DNA of 64,000 nucleotides from Squalus acanthias (GCA_030390025.1 CM059433.1:11038001-11102000); one strand, 5' to 3'; shown: positions 38,336-51,621, numbered from the stretch's first letter. Numbers and translations are program-made. Notes: a model not told the origin generated them from the sequence alone.

Positions 38336-39185
38336 CCTCCTCCCCACTCTGTTCCCACTACCTCCTCATTCCGGCCCTGCTCCCTCCCCTCTCCCCCTCA
38401 CTCCCTCCCCAATCCCCCTCACTCCCTCCTCACTCCCCCTTGATCCCTCCCCACTCCCCCCCCGCTCCCTCCTCACCCCCCCGCTCACTCCTCACTCCCC
38501 CCACTCCACCCCGCTCCCTCCCCACTCCCCCCGCTCCCTCCTCACTCCCCCTCGCTCCCTCCCCACTCCCCCTCGCTCCCTCCCCACTTCCCCCCGCTCC
38601 CTCCCCACTTCCTCCCGCTCCCTCCCCACTCCCCCTCACTCCCCCTTGCTCCCTCCCCTCTCTCCCCCTCGCTCCCTCCTCTCTCCCCCTCGCTCCCGCC
38701 CCACTCCCCCCCGCTCCCTCCCCTCTCCCCCTCACTCCCCCTCACTCCCTCGCCTCTCCCCCTCGCTCCCTCCTCACTCTCCCTCGCTCCCTCCCCACTC
38801 CCCCCCCGCTCCCTCCCCTCTCCCCCTCACTCCCCCTCACTCCCTCGCCTCTCCCCCTCACTCCCTCCTCACTCTCCCTCGCTCCCTCCCCCTCGCTCCC
38901 TCCTCACTCTCCCTCCCTCCTCACTCTCCCCGTCGCTGCCTCCTCACTCCGGCCACGCACCCTCCTTACTCCGGCCCCGCTTCCTCCTCACTCCCCCTCG
39001 CTCCCTCCTCACTCCGGCCCCGCTCCCTCCTCACTCCGGCCACGCTCCCTCCTTACTCCGGCCCCGCTCCCTCCTCACTCCCACTTGCTCCCTCCTCACT
39101 CCGGCCCCGCTCCCTCCTCACTCCCCCCCACTCCCTCCTCACTCCGGCCTCGCTCCCTCCTCACTCCCCCCCGCCCCCTCCTCAC
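38335..39185 (+). repeat. C/T-rich degenerate tandem repeat
   Basis: Units such as cgctccctccccactcccc and cgctccctcctcactccggccc. Confidence 0.9.
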
Positions 39186-39367
39186 TCTGGCTGGTTGACA
39201 GCCTATCCGCAAAAATGGAGATAGAGAAGTCGAGGAAGGGAAGAGTCGGAAATGGACCATGTGAAGGCGATGAAAGAGTGGAAAGTGGGAGCTATGGGGG
39301 GATTGATGAAATTTTCCAGTCGGGGCGAGAACAGAAAGCGGCCCCGATACAGTAATCAATGTACCGG
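39186..39367 (-). mobile_element. Penelope RT fragment, inverted
   Basis: Minus strand reads RYIDYCIGAA (degenerate YIDD) ... FTWSISDSSLP. Confidence 0.7.
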
Positions 39368-40130
39368 AAAAGGTCACATACCTGAAACGTGAACTCTGTT
39401 TCTCTCTCCACAGATGCTGCCTGGCCTGCTGAGTATTTCAGGCATTTTCTGTTACTCACCGTTTTTCCCGGTACATTGATGCAACACCTGCCCTTTGACC
39501 TCCTCCCTTCCCACTGTCCAGGGCCCCAAACACTCCTTCCAGGTGAAACAGCGATTTACTTGTAAGTCTTTCAATTTAGTATACTGTATTCGCTGCTCAC
39601 GATGTGGTCTCCTCTACATTGGGGAGGCCAAACGCAGATTGGGTGACCACTTTGCGGAACACCTCCATTCGGTCCGTAAGGGTGACCCCGAGCTTCCGGT
39701 CACCTGTCACTTTAATTCTCCGCTCCACTCCCACTCTGACCTCTCCGTCCTCGGCCTCTTACACTGTTCCAATGAAGCTCAACGTAAGCTCGAGGAACAG
39801 CACCTCATCTTTCGATTAGGCACTTTACAGCCTTCTGGATTCAACATTGAGTTCAACAATTTCAGATCATAACCTCTGCCCCCATTATTTCGGACAGCAG
39901 GTAAGGATTCTGCTATTCATTGAATCACTCCTGCCTTTCACCCTGTCACAGTCCTTCCCTTTTGTTCTTTTCTCTCCTCCCCCCATTCAATCTACACTGG
40001 CTTAAAACTTGTTACATCTGTAATGTTTTCCAGTTCTGACGGAAGGTCCAGACCCAATCGTTAGCTGTTTCTCTCTCCACAGATGCTGCCTGGCCTGCTG
40101 AGCATTTCCAGCATTTTCTGTTTATATTTC
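39368..40130 (+). mobile_element. Penelope-like element 3' part with terminal repeats
   Basis: Terminal-repeat copies at 39368-39453 and 40030-40130 flank the GIY-YIG ORF. Confidence 0.85.
39495..39872 (+). pseudogene. GIY-YIG endonuclease domain of a Penelope-like element
   Basis: NLVYCIRCSRCGLLYIGEAKRRL..EH..HFN..E..LIFRLGTLQPSGFN. Confidence 0.9.
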
Positions 40131-40211
40131 GGTTCCTCAGTTCCTCTTGTGGGTGGAAAAGTTCCACATGAAATGAGTTCCGGCGGTTTCAATCCCATTC
40201 TTAGGAACTAC

Positions 40212-40871
40212 GGGGGTAAAATTGGCTCGCGCCCCCTTTGGGGCGCTAACTTCTAGCGCCCTGTAAAAGTTAGTGTTCCTGCGTCCGAATTGGAATGGTA
40301 GCGCCCCAAGCAGGAGGTGGGGCGCTACGGGAAGCGCTCCCCCTCCCTCTTGGGGCGCTCTCATTGAATATCGTGGCGCTACGTACAGCAGGCCGCCCTC
40401 CCCTGATTAAAGGGGAGGGGCCTAGCACAGCGCACACCAGGACCCTGCTGGACCACTGGGGAGCGGGGTGCCGGCAAAAGAGCCCGGCACTCGAGGAGCG
40501 CCAGGCTGACCGATCATGGCCGGCAGCCCGCAGGAGGAGGCCAGAGGGGGCAGGTGCTGGCAGGCGGCCCCCCAACAAATGGCTGCCCTTTAATTTGTGC
40601 CGGCCCGGCCGCAAAAACGCCCCCCTGACCCTGTTGGACATAGCGTCTGGCGGTAGGTCAGGGGGCGCGACCCAAGTTTGCGGCCGGGGCGCAAGCGGAG
40701 CGCTGCACATGGCGATGACATCATCGCCGGAGGTGCAGCGCCGCGAGGCGCTACCGGCGCCGCTAACCTCCCGCTGAATTTCGCGAGAGGCGTTAGTGGC
40801 GCCGCGCCCAAGCGCGAGGGTCTTTGCGCCCCGTTAGTGCCACGAAGCACAAAGCAACCGAATTTTTCCCG
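40212..40871. mobile_element. GC-rich Harbinger-type MITE
   Basis: gggggtaaaattgg ... ccgaatttttcccg termini; many tagcgcc/ggcgcta motifs shared with 50431 and 56016. Confidence 0.65.
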
Positions 40872-41145
40872 TTATATATCTGAAGTACAAAATCACTTAT
40901 ATACCAACATTAAGTTGGTAATCTCAAAGAAGTTGTAAGAATGGTTAATAAGTGAAGCTTTGTGGAGTCAGGAGCAAATTTAGGCTAGTCGTTATTTTTA
41001 AGGAATTGGGAATCCTATCTAGACGAGGACATTTAAAATAAATATCCATACATATGCACCATGGTTAATTTGCATTTTTTTTTCTTAAACTGCCTACTTT
41101 TCACTCGTAAAATCGAGCACTTGACACACAGATATGTTACGATCT

Positions 41146-41704
41146 TTATAAAGCGCTGGTTAGACCACAACTGGAGTATTGCGTCCAGTTCTGGTCACCA
41201 CACTTCAGGAAGGATGTGAAGGCCCTAGAGATGGTGCAGAGGAGATTTGCCAGAATGGTTCCGGGGATCTTAGCTACAAGGACAGGTTGGAGAAGCTGGA
41301 TTTGTTTTCTTTAGAGCAAAGGAGGTTGAGGGGTGATTTGATAGAGATGTACAAGATTATGACTGGTTTGGATAGGCTAGACGGAGAAAGGCTGTTCCCA
41401 CGAGTTGATGGTACAAGGGCTAGGGGACACAGATTTAAGGTTTTGGGCAAGAGATACAGGGGGGACGTGAGGAAAAACTTTTTTACACAGCGAGTGGTGA
41501 GGACCTGGAACTCGCTGCTGACGGAAGTGGTGGAAGCGGAGACACTCAATGTTTTCAAGGGGAGACTGGATAGGCACTTGAGGGAAATAAACTTGCAGGG
41601 CTACGGGGATAGAGCGGGGGAGTGGGACTGACTGGATTGCTCTGCAGAGAGCCGGCGCAGATTCGATGGGCCGAATGCCCTCCTTCTGTGCCGTTATGAC
41701 TCTG
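41146..41704 (+). mobile_element. CR1 3' end
   Basis: LYKALVRPQLEYCVQFW, LEQRRLRGDLIEMYKI, FFTQRVVRTWNSL. Confidence 0.92.
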
Positions 41705-41705
41705 T

Positions 41706-42500
41706 GGGCTGGATTTTACTCACCGAGGCGAGTTGGGGGCGGGACTGCTGCCGTCCGGGTTCTAGTCCTGCCCCCAGCGATGTCCGACGCACAGACGCTA
41801 TTTCCCCCTGATTGGCCCTGTTAAGCCCACCCGGCGGGCTTGCCGGCCAATTAAGGGAAAGCCGGTGTCAGATGACGTCAGTTGATGATGCTTCATCTGC
41901 CGGTTTTCTTAAAGGGACATGAAACATCTATTTTTGACAGATGATTTGACAGTGTTTGACAGCATTGAGGTGCTGTCAAACACTGGCAATCACTGTACAA
42001 AGGTGAGCCCTTGCACCTAGGCTCTCCAGTGGCTCTCTCCTTAGGATAAAACAGATGGCAGCTGCAGGGTGAGGGTACAGAAGCGATCTGTCACTTCTCC
42101 CATTGAGGTGAGGCCACACAAACACTTCAAAGCTTGTCACCGACAGAAAAATTAAAACACAATAAAAATGACTTTCCTAACATTTCCTTACCTCTGATAC
42201 TCACCAGTGTCCCATTGCATCCTTCACACCACTCCTGCAGCTGTCATCTATACACAAACATTACAATCAGACCCACAGCACGCCTCACTTACCCTGGCGG
42301 GGTTCTCCGACGTCGGGAAGCCCGCAGCAGAAATCGCAAAATGGGAAAAAGCCTCTTAACTGCCTGTTAACTACCTGTTAACAGGCAGCTAAGTGGCTGT
42401 AATCCTCTTCCCGCCTCTAGGTGTCGGGACCCTGTGCAAATCGAGGACCCAACTCCCGGGAAGATTGGTTGGAGGCGGGTTGGGAGTGTGTTCGGGACCC
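41706..42500. mobile_element. Harbinger-type element inserted in the CR1 tail
   Basis: Starts gggctggatttt; arms homologous to 2264-3035; CR1 tail unit atgactct occurs on both sides. Confidence 0.7.
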
Positions 42501-43879
42501 GATGACTCTATGAATGGCAAAACCTGCTGAGTGTTTGCAGCATTTTCTCTCGTTGACACAGACATGTTATATTGGCAGCCATCTAACGTGCCAACGCCCC
42601 CTCCCCCACAGTCGCAATGATTTAACCTTTGCTGTAAAATCGATTTCTTGATAATTGTAGCAATAATAACAATAAAGAAACGAAAGCTTTTTCCCGGCAC
42701 TTTGAACATGCTACAATATGCAAAGCAGCCAGTCCACACTGAACTAACCAGCTGTCTCGTGACTGCCGCACCAACTCTGCCTCATGAAACACCACAAAAT
42801 GAAGTTTATGGCGTCACGACTCTTCAAACAACAACCGCAGTAAGCTGCTAAAATCAGGAAGGGGGCGGAATATAAACAAATCACTCTGCCCGTAGTCAGC
42901 AAAAAGGCAACAAACTGGCAGGTTTTCTGATCAGAGGGCCCCAGCGAACTTGAGGGCAAGAGAACTGTCCCAAAGGACCTATAGGCCGCACGATAATTTT
43001 ATGGACTGTCACTGTTACCGTAGATTTGGTATTAAAACAAGCAGATGCTGTCTGATCTGCTTGCAAGAGTTGAAAAGGATCTGAAGTGTCATGCCCCCGT
43101 GAATTATACTCCTGCTGGTGCCAGCGAAGGTGACCGCAGCATTCGTGCTCCGCGCACTGGTATCCTTCAGGCCCCCAGTAATGTCAAGGTGCATTTCACA
43201 GGTCACTGCTGCCGCGCTGAGGAGAGCTGACCACTACATCTGCTTCCCATTGACCCCAGAGCAGCTGCTGAACATAGAACAGAAGTTTTTTTGACAGGGC
43301 AGAATTTCCCAACATCTTTGGAGCCGTCGACTGTACCTCATGTGTCCCTCCAGGCAGCTTCATTAAATGAGGTCATTTCAGAAAGAGTAAAAAAAAGGTT
43401 TGACTGAGTGAAAGTCCAGGCGGTCATGCCGGTAATGTCATTAGGGATGTGGGTGTCACGTGTTTTTCACACTCTGTCAATTGTCTCCTAGCAGGAAATT
43501 GGAAATGAGATTTATCTGGTGACACTATTGGAAAGTAATAGACTTTGCTGAAGCACGCATTCCGTGTTCTGTTTCACATTTTGTTTATTTCACAGGTTAA
43601 AGGGAGTGAAACCTGAAGTCCTTCTTATGGCCACCAGTCCCAAATCCGTATATCTTCAGCAAAACAGCAGCATAACCAAGCTCATCAGGGAAATGAATAA
43701 TAAAGTGGCCACTAGAACCAGAAGGATAAATTGCCATCAATTAGACTTTGCTGGAGAGATGACGGAACAGTCTCATTTCACTACTCCCGAAGTCCCACAA
43801 TTCTACACTGCCGTTTGCATAATTAATAAATATTTTGTGTGAATTTTGTGCATCTGTTAATTGTCCCCCATCTGTTGGC

Positions 43880-46800
43880 CTTCACTCCCTCGTCTACTCC
43901 TCTCCCTCGTCTACTCCTCTCCCACGTCTACTCACTCCCCGCGTCTACTCCCTCTCCATCGTCTACTCCCTCTCCATCGTCTACTCCCTCTCCATCGTCT
44001 ACTCCCTCTCCCTCGTCTACTCCCTCTCCCTCGTCTACTCCCCCTCCTTCGTCTACTCCCCCTCCTTCGTCTACTCCCCTCCTTCGTCTACTCCCTCCCT
44101 CGTCTCCTCCCTCTCCCTCATCTCCTCCCTCTCCCTCGTCTACTCCCTCTCCATCGTCTACTCCCTCTCCCTCGTCTACTCCCTCTCCTTCGTCTACTCC
44201 CCCTCCTTCGTCTACTCCCCCTCCTTCGTCTACTCCCTCCCTCGTCTCCTCCCTCTCCCTCATCTCCTCCCTCTCCCTCGTCTACTCCCTCTCCCTTGTC
44301 TACTCCCTCTCCCTCGTCTACTCCCTCTCCCTCGTCTACTCCCTCTCCCTCATCTACTCCCCCTCCCTCGTCTACTCCCTCCCTCGTCTACTCCCTCTCC
44401 CTCATCTCCTCCCTCTCCCTCGTCTACTCCCTCTCCCTCGTCTACACCCTCTCCCTCATCTCCTCCCTCTCCCTCATCTCCTCCCTCTCCCTCGTCTCCT
44501 CCTTCTCCCTCGTCTACTCCCTCTCCCAAGTCTACTCCCTCCCTCGTCTACTCCCTCCCGCTCGTCTACTCCCCCTCCCTCGTCTACTCCCTCCCTCGAC
44601 TACTCCCTCTCCCACGTCTACTCCCCTCCCTCGTCTACTCCCTCCCCCTCGTCTACTCCCCCTCCCTCGTGTACTCCCCTCCCCCTCGTCTACTCCTTCC
44701 CTCGTCTACATCCCATCCCTCGTCTACTCCCCTCCCCCTCGTCTAATCCGTCCCTCGTCTACTCCCCCTCCTTCATCTACTCCCCCTCCCTCGTTTACTC
44801 CCTTCCTCGTCTACACCCTCTCCCTCATCTCCTCCCTCTCCCTCATCTCCTCCATCTCCCTCGTCTACTCCCTCTCCCTCGTCTACTCCCTCCCTCATCT
44901 ACTCCCTCCCTCGTCTACTCCCTCCCTCGTCTACTCCCTCACCCTCGTCTACTCCCTCCCTCGTCTACTCCCTCCCTCGTCTACTCCCTCCCTCGGCTAT
45001 TCCCTCTCCCTCATTGACTCCCTCTCCCTCGTCTCCTCCTTCTCCCTCGTCTGCTCCCTCTCCCTCGTCTACTCCCCCCGCTCGTCTACCCTCATCCCTC
45101 TTCTACTCACTCTGCCTCGTCTACTCACCCTCCCTCGTCTACTCCCTCCAACGTCTACTCCCCCTCCCTCATCTACTCCCTCCCTCGTCTACTCCCCCTC
45201 CCTCGTCTACTCCCTCTTCCTCGTCAAAACCCTCTCCCTCGTCCATTCCGTCTCCTCGTCTACTCCCTCCCTCATCTACTCCCTCCCTCGTCTACTCCCT
45301 CCCTCGTCTACTCCCTCTCCCTCGTCTACTCCCTCCCTCGTCTACTGCTTCTTCCCTCGTCTACTCCATCCCTCGTCTACTCCCTCTCCCTCGTCTACTG
45401 CCTCCCTCAATCTACTCCCTCCCTCGTCTACTCCCTCCCTAGTCTACTTCCCTCTCCCTCGTCTACTCTCTCCCTCATCTACTCCCTCTCCCTCGTCTAC
45501 TCCCTCCCTCGTCTACTCCCCCTCCCTCGTCTACTCCCTCACCCTCGTCTACTCCCTCTCCCTCGTCTACTCCCACTCCCTCGTCTACTCCCCCTCCTTC
45601 GTCTACTCCCCTCCCTCGTTTACTCCCTCCCTCGTCTACTCCCTCTCCTCGTCTACTTCTCCCTCTCCCTCTTCTACTCCCTCTACCTATTCTACTCCCT
45701 CTCCCTCGTCTACTCCTTCTCCCTCGTCTACTCCGCCTCCCTCGTCTACCTCCCTCCCTCAGTCTACTCCCTCTCCCCTCGTCTACTCCCTCCCTCGTCT
45801 ACTCCCTCTCCCTCGTCTACTCTCCTCCCTCGTCTACTCCCTCCCCTCGTCTACTCCTCTCCCTGTCTACTCCCTCTCCCTCGTCTACTCCTCACCCTCG
45901 TCTACCTCTCTCCCTCCTCTACTCCCTCTCCCTCGTCTACTCCCTCCTCCCTCGTCTACTCCCTCTCCCTCGTTTACTCCTCTCCCTCGTCTACTCCCTC
46001 TCCCTCGTCTACTCCTCTCCCTCGTCTACTCCCTCTCCCTCGTCTACTCCTCTCCCTCGTCTACTCCCTCTCCCTCGTCTACACCCTCTCCCTCGTCTAC
46101 TCCTCTCCCTCGTCTACTCCTCCCCTCGTCTCCTTTTCTCCCTCGTCTACTCCCTCCTCCTCGTCTACTCCTCTCCCTTCGTCTTACTCCCGCCTCCCTC
46201 GTTACTCCCTCACCCTCGTCTACTCCTTCCCTCGTCTACTCCACCTCCTTCGTCTACTCCCCCTCCTTCATCTACTCCCCCTCCCTCGTCTACTTCCGCC
46301 AACGTCTACTCCCCCTCCTTGGTCTGCTCCTTCTCCCTCGTCTACTCCCTTCCTCGTCTACACCCTCACCCTCGTCTACTCCCTCCCTCGTCTACTCCCT
46401 CCCTCGTCTACTCCCTCCCTCATCTACTACCTCGCCCTCGTCTACTCCCTCTCTCGTCTACACCCTCACCCTCGTCTACTCCCTCCCTCGTCTACTCCCT
46501 CCCTCGTCTACTCCCTCTCCCTCGTCTACTCCCCTCCCTCGTCTACTCCCCCTCCTTCGTCTACTCCCCCTCCCTCGTTTACTCCCTCCCTCGTCTACAC
46601 CCTCTCCCTCGTCTACTCCCTCTCCCTCATCTACTCCCTCTACCTATTCTACTCCCTCTCCCTCGTCTCCTCCTTCTCCCTCGTCTACTCCCCCTCCCTC
46701 GTCTACTCCCTCCCTCATCTACTCCCTCTCCCTCGTCTACTCCCTCCCTCGTCTACTCCCTCACCCTCGTCTACTCCCTCCCTCGTCTACTCCCTCCCTC

Positions 46801-49460
46801 GTCTACTCTCTCCCTCGTCTACTCCCTCTCCCTCGTCTACTCCCTCACCCTCGTCTACTCCCTCTCCCTCGTCTACTCCCACTCCCTCGTCTACTCCCCC
46901 TCCTTCGTCTACTCCCCCTCCCTCGTTTACTCCCTCCCTCGTCTACACCCTCTCCCTCGTCTACTCCCTCTCCCTCATCTACTCCCTCTACCTATTCTAC
47001 TCCCTCTCCCTCGTCTCCTCCTTCTCCCTCGTCTAATCCCTCTCCCAAGTCTACTCCCTCCCTCGTCTACTCCCTCCTCCTCGTCTACTCCCTCCCCCTC
47101 GTCTACTCCCTCCCCCTCGTCTACTCCCTCACCATTGTCTACTCCCCCTCCCTCGTCTACTCCCCTCCCCCTCGTCTACTCCTTCCCTCGTCTACTCCAC
47201 CTCCTTCGTCTACTCCCTCTCCCTCGTCTACTCCCCTCCCTCGTCTACTCCCTCCCTCGTCTACTCCTCTCCCTCGTCTACTCCCTCTCCCTCGTCTACT
47301 CCCTCTCCCTCGTCTACTCCCTCTCCCTCGTCTACTCCCTCTCCCTCGTCTACTCCCCTCCCTCGTCTACTCCTCTCCCTCGTCTACTCCCTCCCCTCGT
47401 CTACTCCCTCTCCCTCGTCTACTCCCTCCTCCCTCGTCTACTCCCTCTCCCTCGTCTACTCCCTCTCCCTCGTCTACTCCTCTCCCTCGTCTACTCCTCT
47501 CCCTCGTCTACTCCCTCCCCTCGTCTACTCCCTCCCCTCGTCTACTCCCTCTCCCTCGTCTACACCCTCTCCCTCGTCTACTCCCTCTCCCTCGTCTACT
47601 CCCTCCCTCGTCTACTCCCTCCCTCGTCTACTCCCTCTCCCTCGTCTACTCCCTCCCTCGTCTACTCCCTCCCCTCGTCTACTCCTCTCCCTCGTCTACT
47701 CCCTCCCTCGTCTACTCCCCCTCCCTCGTCTACTCCCCTCCCCCTCGTCTACTCCTTCCCTCGTCTACATCCCATCCCTCGTCTACTCCCCTCCCCCTCG
47801 TCTAATCCGTCCCTCGTCTACTCCCCCTCTTCATCTACTCCCCCTCCCTCGTTTACTCCCTCCTCGTCTACACCCTCTCCCTCATCTACTCCCTCTCCCT
47901 CATCTCCTCCCTCTCCCTCGTCTACTCCCTCTCCCTCGTCTACTCCCTCCCTCATCTACTCCCTCCCTCGTCTACTCCCTCCCTCGTCTACTCCCTCACC
48001 CTCGTCTACTCCCTCCCTCGTCTACTCCCTCCCTCGTCTACTCCCTCCCTCGGCTATTCCCTCTCCCTCATTGACTCCCTCTCCCTCGTCTCCTCCTTCT
48101 CCCTCGTCTGCTCCCTCTCCCTCGTCTACTCCCCCGCTCGTCTACTCTCCTCCCTCTTCTACTCACTCTGCCTCGTCTACTCCCCCTCCCTCGTCTACTC
48201 CCTCCCTCGTCTACTCCCCCTCCCTCATCTACTCCCTCCCTCGTCTACTCCCCTCCCTCGTCTACTCCCTCTTCCTCGTCAAAACCCTCTCCCTCGTCCA
48301 TTCCGTCTCCCTCGTCTACTCCCTCCCTCATCTACTCCCTCCCTCGTCTACTCCCTCCCTCGTCTACTCCCTCTCCCTCGTCTACTCCTCCCTCGTCTAC
48401 TGCTTCTCCCTCGTCTACTCCATCCCTCGTCTACTCCCTCTCCCTCGTCTACTGCCTCCCTCATCTACTCCCTCCCTCGTCTACTCCCTCCCTCGTCTAC
48501 TCCCTCTCCCTCGTCTACTCTCTCCCTCATCTACTCCCTCTCCCTCGTCTACTCCCTCCCTCGTCTACTCCCTCTCCCTCGTCTACTCCCTCACCCTCGT
48601 CTACTCCCACTCCCTCGTCTACTCCCCCTCCTTCGTCTACTCCCCCTCCCTCGTTTACTCCCTCCTCGTCTACACCCTCTCCCTCTCTACTCCTCTCCTC
48701 ATCTACTCCCTCTCCCCCCCCCCCCCCTCCCCCTCGTCTACTCCCTCCCCCTCGTCTACTCCCTTCCCCTCGTCTACACCCTCTCCCTCGTCTACTCCCT
48801 CTCCCTCGTCTACACCCTCTCCCTCATCTACTCCCTCTCCCTCGTCTACACCCTCTCCCTCGTCTACTCACTCTCCCTCGTCTACTCCCTCTCCCTCGTC
48901 TACTCCTTCTCCCTCGTCTACTCCCTCCCCTGTCTACTCCCTCTCCCTCGTCTACTCCTTCTCCCTCATCTACTCCCTCCCCCGTCTACTCCCTCCCCCT
49001 CGTCTACTCCCTCTCCCTCGTCCACACCCTCTCCCTCGTCTACTCCCTCTCCCTGTCTACTCCCTCTCCCTCGTCTACTTACCTCTCCTCGTCTACTCCT
49101 CTCCATTGTCTACTCCTCCCCTCGTCACTCCCCTCCCTCGTCTCACCTCTCCCTCGTCTACTTTCTCTTCCTCGTCTACTCCCTCTCCCTCGTCTACTCC
49201 CTCCCTCGTCTACTCCTCCCCCTCATCTCCTCCTTCGCCCTCGTCTACTCCCTCTCCCTCGTCTACTCCTCCCCCTCATCTCCTCCTTCTCCCTCGTCTG
49301 CTCTCTCTCCCTCATCTACTCCCTCCCTCGTCTACTCCTCCCCTCGTCTACTCCGTCCCTCGTCTACTCCTCCCCTCGTCTACTCCCTCCCCCTCATCTA
49401 CTCCCTCCCCCTCATCTACTCCCTCCCCCTTGTCTACTCCCTCTCCCTCATCTATTCCTC
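43880..49460 (+). repeat. Polypyrimidine minisatellite, consensus ccctcgtctactccctct (14-18 bp variants)
   Basis: About 5.6 kb of tandem units; direct read. Confidence 0.97.
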
Positions 49461-50430
49461 CACTCTTGTCTCCGTTCCTTCTGCCCATCTTTTCTGCAGA
49501 TGAGATAATACTCTGTTATCCCCTTCTGTGTTGGTATTTCTCCGAGATGTGCACATCCTTCCTGGCCTAAAACCGCCTCTTTTGTAAAAATTCCAGGAGC
49601 CTTTTCCTCTTTGGGAGTGAAGGAAGTTGCAGGTGGCCGCTCTCCCCACCATTACTGTGTTTTTTTGTAATTAAAGTGTTTCTATCTTGTGACTTTTCTT
49701 TCACATTAGTCCATTTCTTCCTCCGTAAAAACCAGGGCAGTGAATGAATGGCAGCTTTGATTAGCATCCAGCAGTGGAAAGGGGTTTATCCCCATCCTGT
49801 CATCACTGGCGCTCACTGACTAAACTCGTGGCTGATAGAAGCTGAGTGCAGCTGAAGTCTACAAGACTATCGTTCAACCTAAAATGTTGTGTCTCCTAAT
49901 TGGCGTGGGGCAGTGTGTTAATCAGGATTCCATGGTTGTACTTTGAAGACATAAAGGAGAGGTGCTTTCCATACAGTACCTATTCCCTTTAATTGGAGAG
50001 GTACCATTAATTTTGTGATCTATCTCGAACCATGTTGTAGGTTAAAGACACAACTGGCGGCTATACAAATGTTCTCAGCATTTGTTCTAAAAGAAACCCC
50101 TGAGTGAGGAAGCCTGCCTTATAGTCAGAAAACTTTCCCTGCCTTCTGTCACAATCATTGTTTAGATATTGCTATGTTGTTTAGAAAAGCAGTATAATCT
50201 CTCAAGATGTGAACCATATAATATACACATAATGTAGCCTATTGTATTAAAGGATTGTTAATTGCACTCCAGCATGTTACAATAGTTAAACTGTCCAAAA
50301 TGTCTGTTCTACATTCTGCAGTCGGACTACCTGGAAACTTGGTAAATGCGTAACATGTGCAAATTGCTCTAAAAATGCATGTGTAACGTGTGATAGATCT
50401 CCCTTTTTGTCAGGATTTAGGCAACACTAA

Positions 50431-51323
50431 GGGGTAAAAATTCACTTGGTTGCGCCACCCGTTAGCACCTTAAGAGGGCGCTAATGGGGCGCAAAGCCGC
50501 TAACGCCCGGGCGCAGCGATGTTTGCGCCGCTCAAGAACTTAACTTGAGATTGTGCGGCGGCGCTAAAACTTACCGCTGCGACCACCTGCGCGCGCAGAT
50601 TGTGACGTCATTCCATGGTGCAACGCCCTTGGGGCGCCCCGTAGCGGAAATTGAGTGGCGCCCCCTGCCTTACCGCCTGGCGCTTCCAACGACCAGAAGA
50701 CTGGAACGCTATCAATCGCTGTGGGGCTGGGGGGGGCGCTATTTAAAGGGGGCCTCTTCCTGTCTTTTATTGTTGGTGGCATTTTTGAACTACGCATTCT
50801 GAGAGACAGAGGGAGAGACTTCTGGAGAGATTCAACGTTGTGTGAAGGAGTTTTGGGTACTGAGCAGCACTTTGCAGGTTCATTTTGATTTCCCATTCCT
50901 TGTATCGATTTAGCAGAGACCGTGGGAGCTGCACTCTGAGCTCTTTGCCTGGTGCTCTCCATTGTTCTTTCCAGCACATTTGATGTGCAGGTCTCTCCAG
51001 GCCGAGATTTAAGGCAGCAATGAACAGGATGTGGATGGAAAGCAAGATTAACCATCCCCTTTAAGAACTGGCCCGTGCCATTGTGTGTGTGTTCCATTGC
51101 TGACTGACATTACATGAGCTTCGCCAGTGCTCCGAGTTAGCGCCTCACTGCTCGGCCTTTGCGCCTTAAGAGAGGTGTGCAGCGCCTGCTTTAGCGCTCC
51201 ACTCACCTCCCGGGGCGGTAAAAGTGAAGTTTCCCGTCAGTGCCGATAATTAGCGCCAGGCGCTAATATTTGCGTCCGGACGATATTTGCGCCCCAAATG
51301 GGGCGCGACCTAATTTCTACCCC
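50431..51323. mobile_element. Harbinger-type non-autonomous element
   Basis: TIRs ggggtaaaaatt / aatttctacccc; TSD taa/taa. Confidence 0.88.
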
Positions 51324-51621
51324 TAAAGGTATAATCAATACAGTTTCCTTTCTATTCTTTTCTATTCATTAACCCACTTCAGTGCAATTAAAATTGCAGC
51401 AGCAATCTCAGCAAAAAATAATTCAAATCATTCCCACAATTGTGCTTTGCCTTGCAAAATGTTACACTGGTAGCTCAGAATCTATCAAGTTATACCATGC
51501 GCAGATTGTGACGTCCCATTTATTATCACTAATGGGCATGCTTATATTAATTAAGGTGTGGAGTGAGTTTTAGAACAAAATAGTGAGATGCAATTTAACT
51601 TACCTTCCGCTTTAGTTTGTT

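Noticed and set aside
38082..39224. 380-aa and 252-aa proline-rich ORFs
   Set aside because: Low-complexity tract plus the antisense of the Harbinger transposase
40030..40065. Second active hammerhead
   Set aside because: Core mutated (CTGACGG; GAAA replaced by CAAT)
40212..40871. Host CpG-island promoter and 146-160 aa ORFs
   Set aside because: The GC-rich block is bounded by MITE-like termini and shares motifs with other copies; the ORFs reflect GC content
43880..49460. CRISPR array or telomeric repeat
   Set aside because: No unique spacers, no cas genes, eukaryotic context, and the unit is not TTAGGG
43861..49570. 1314-aa and 1083-aa Pro/Ser/Leu-rich ORFs (mucin/extensin-like)
   Set aside because: The C/T-rich repeat cannot easily form stop codons, so all + frames are open; no ATG context or non-repetitive domain
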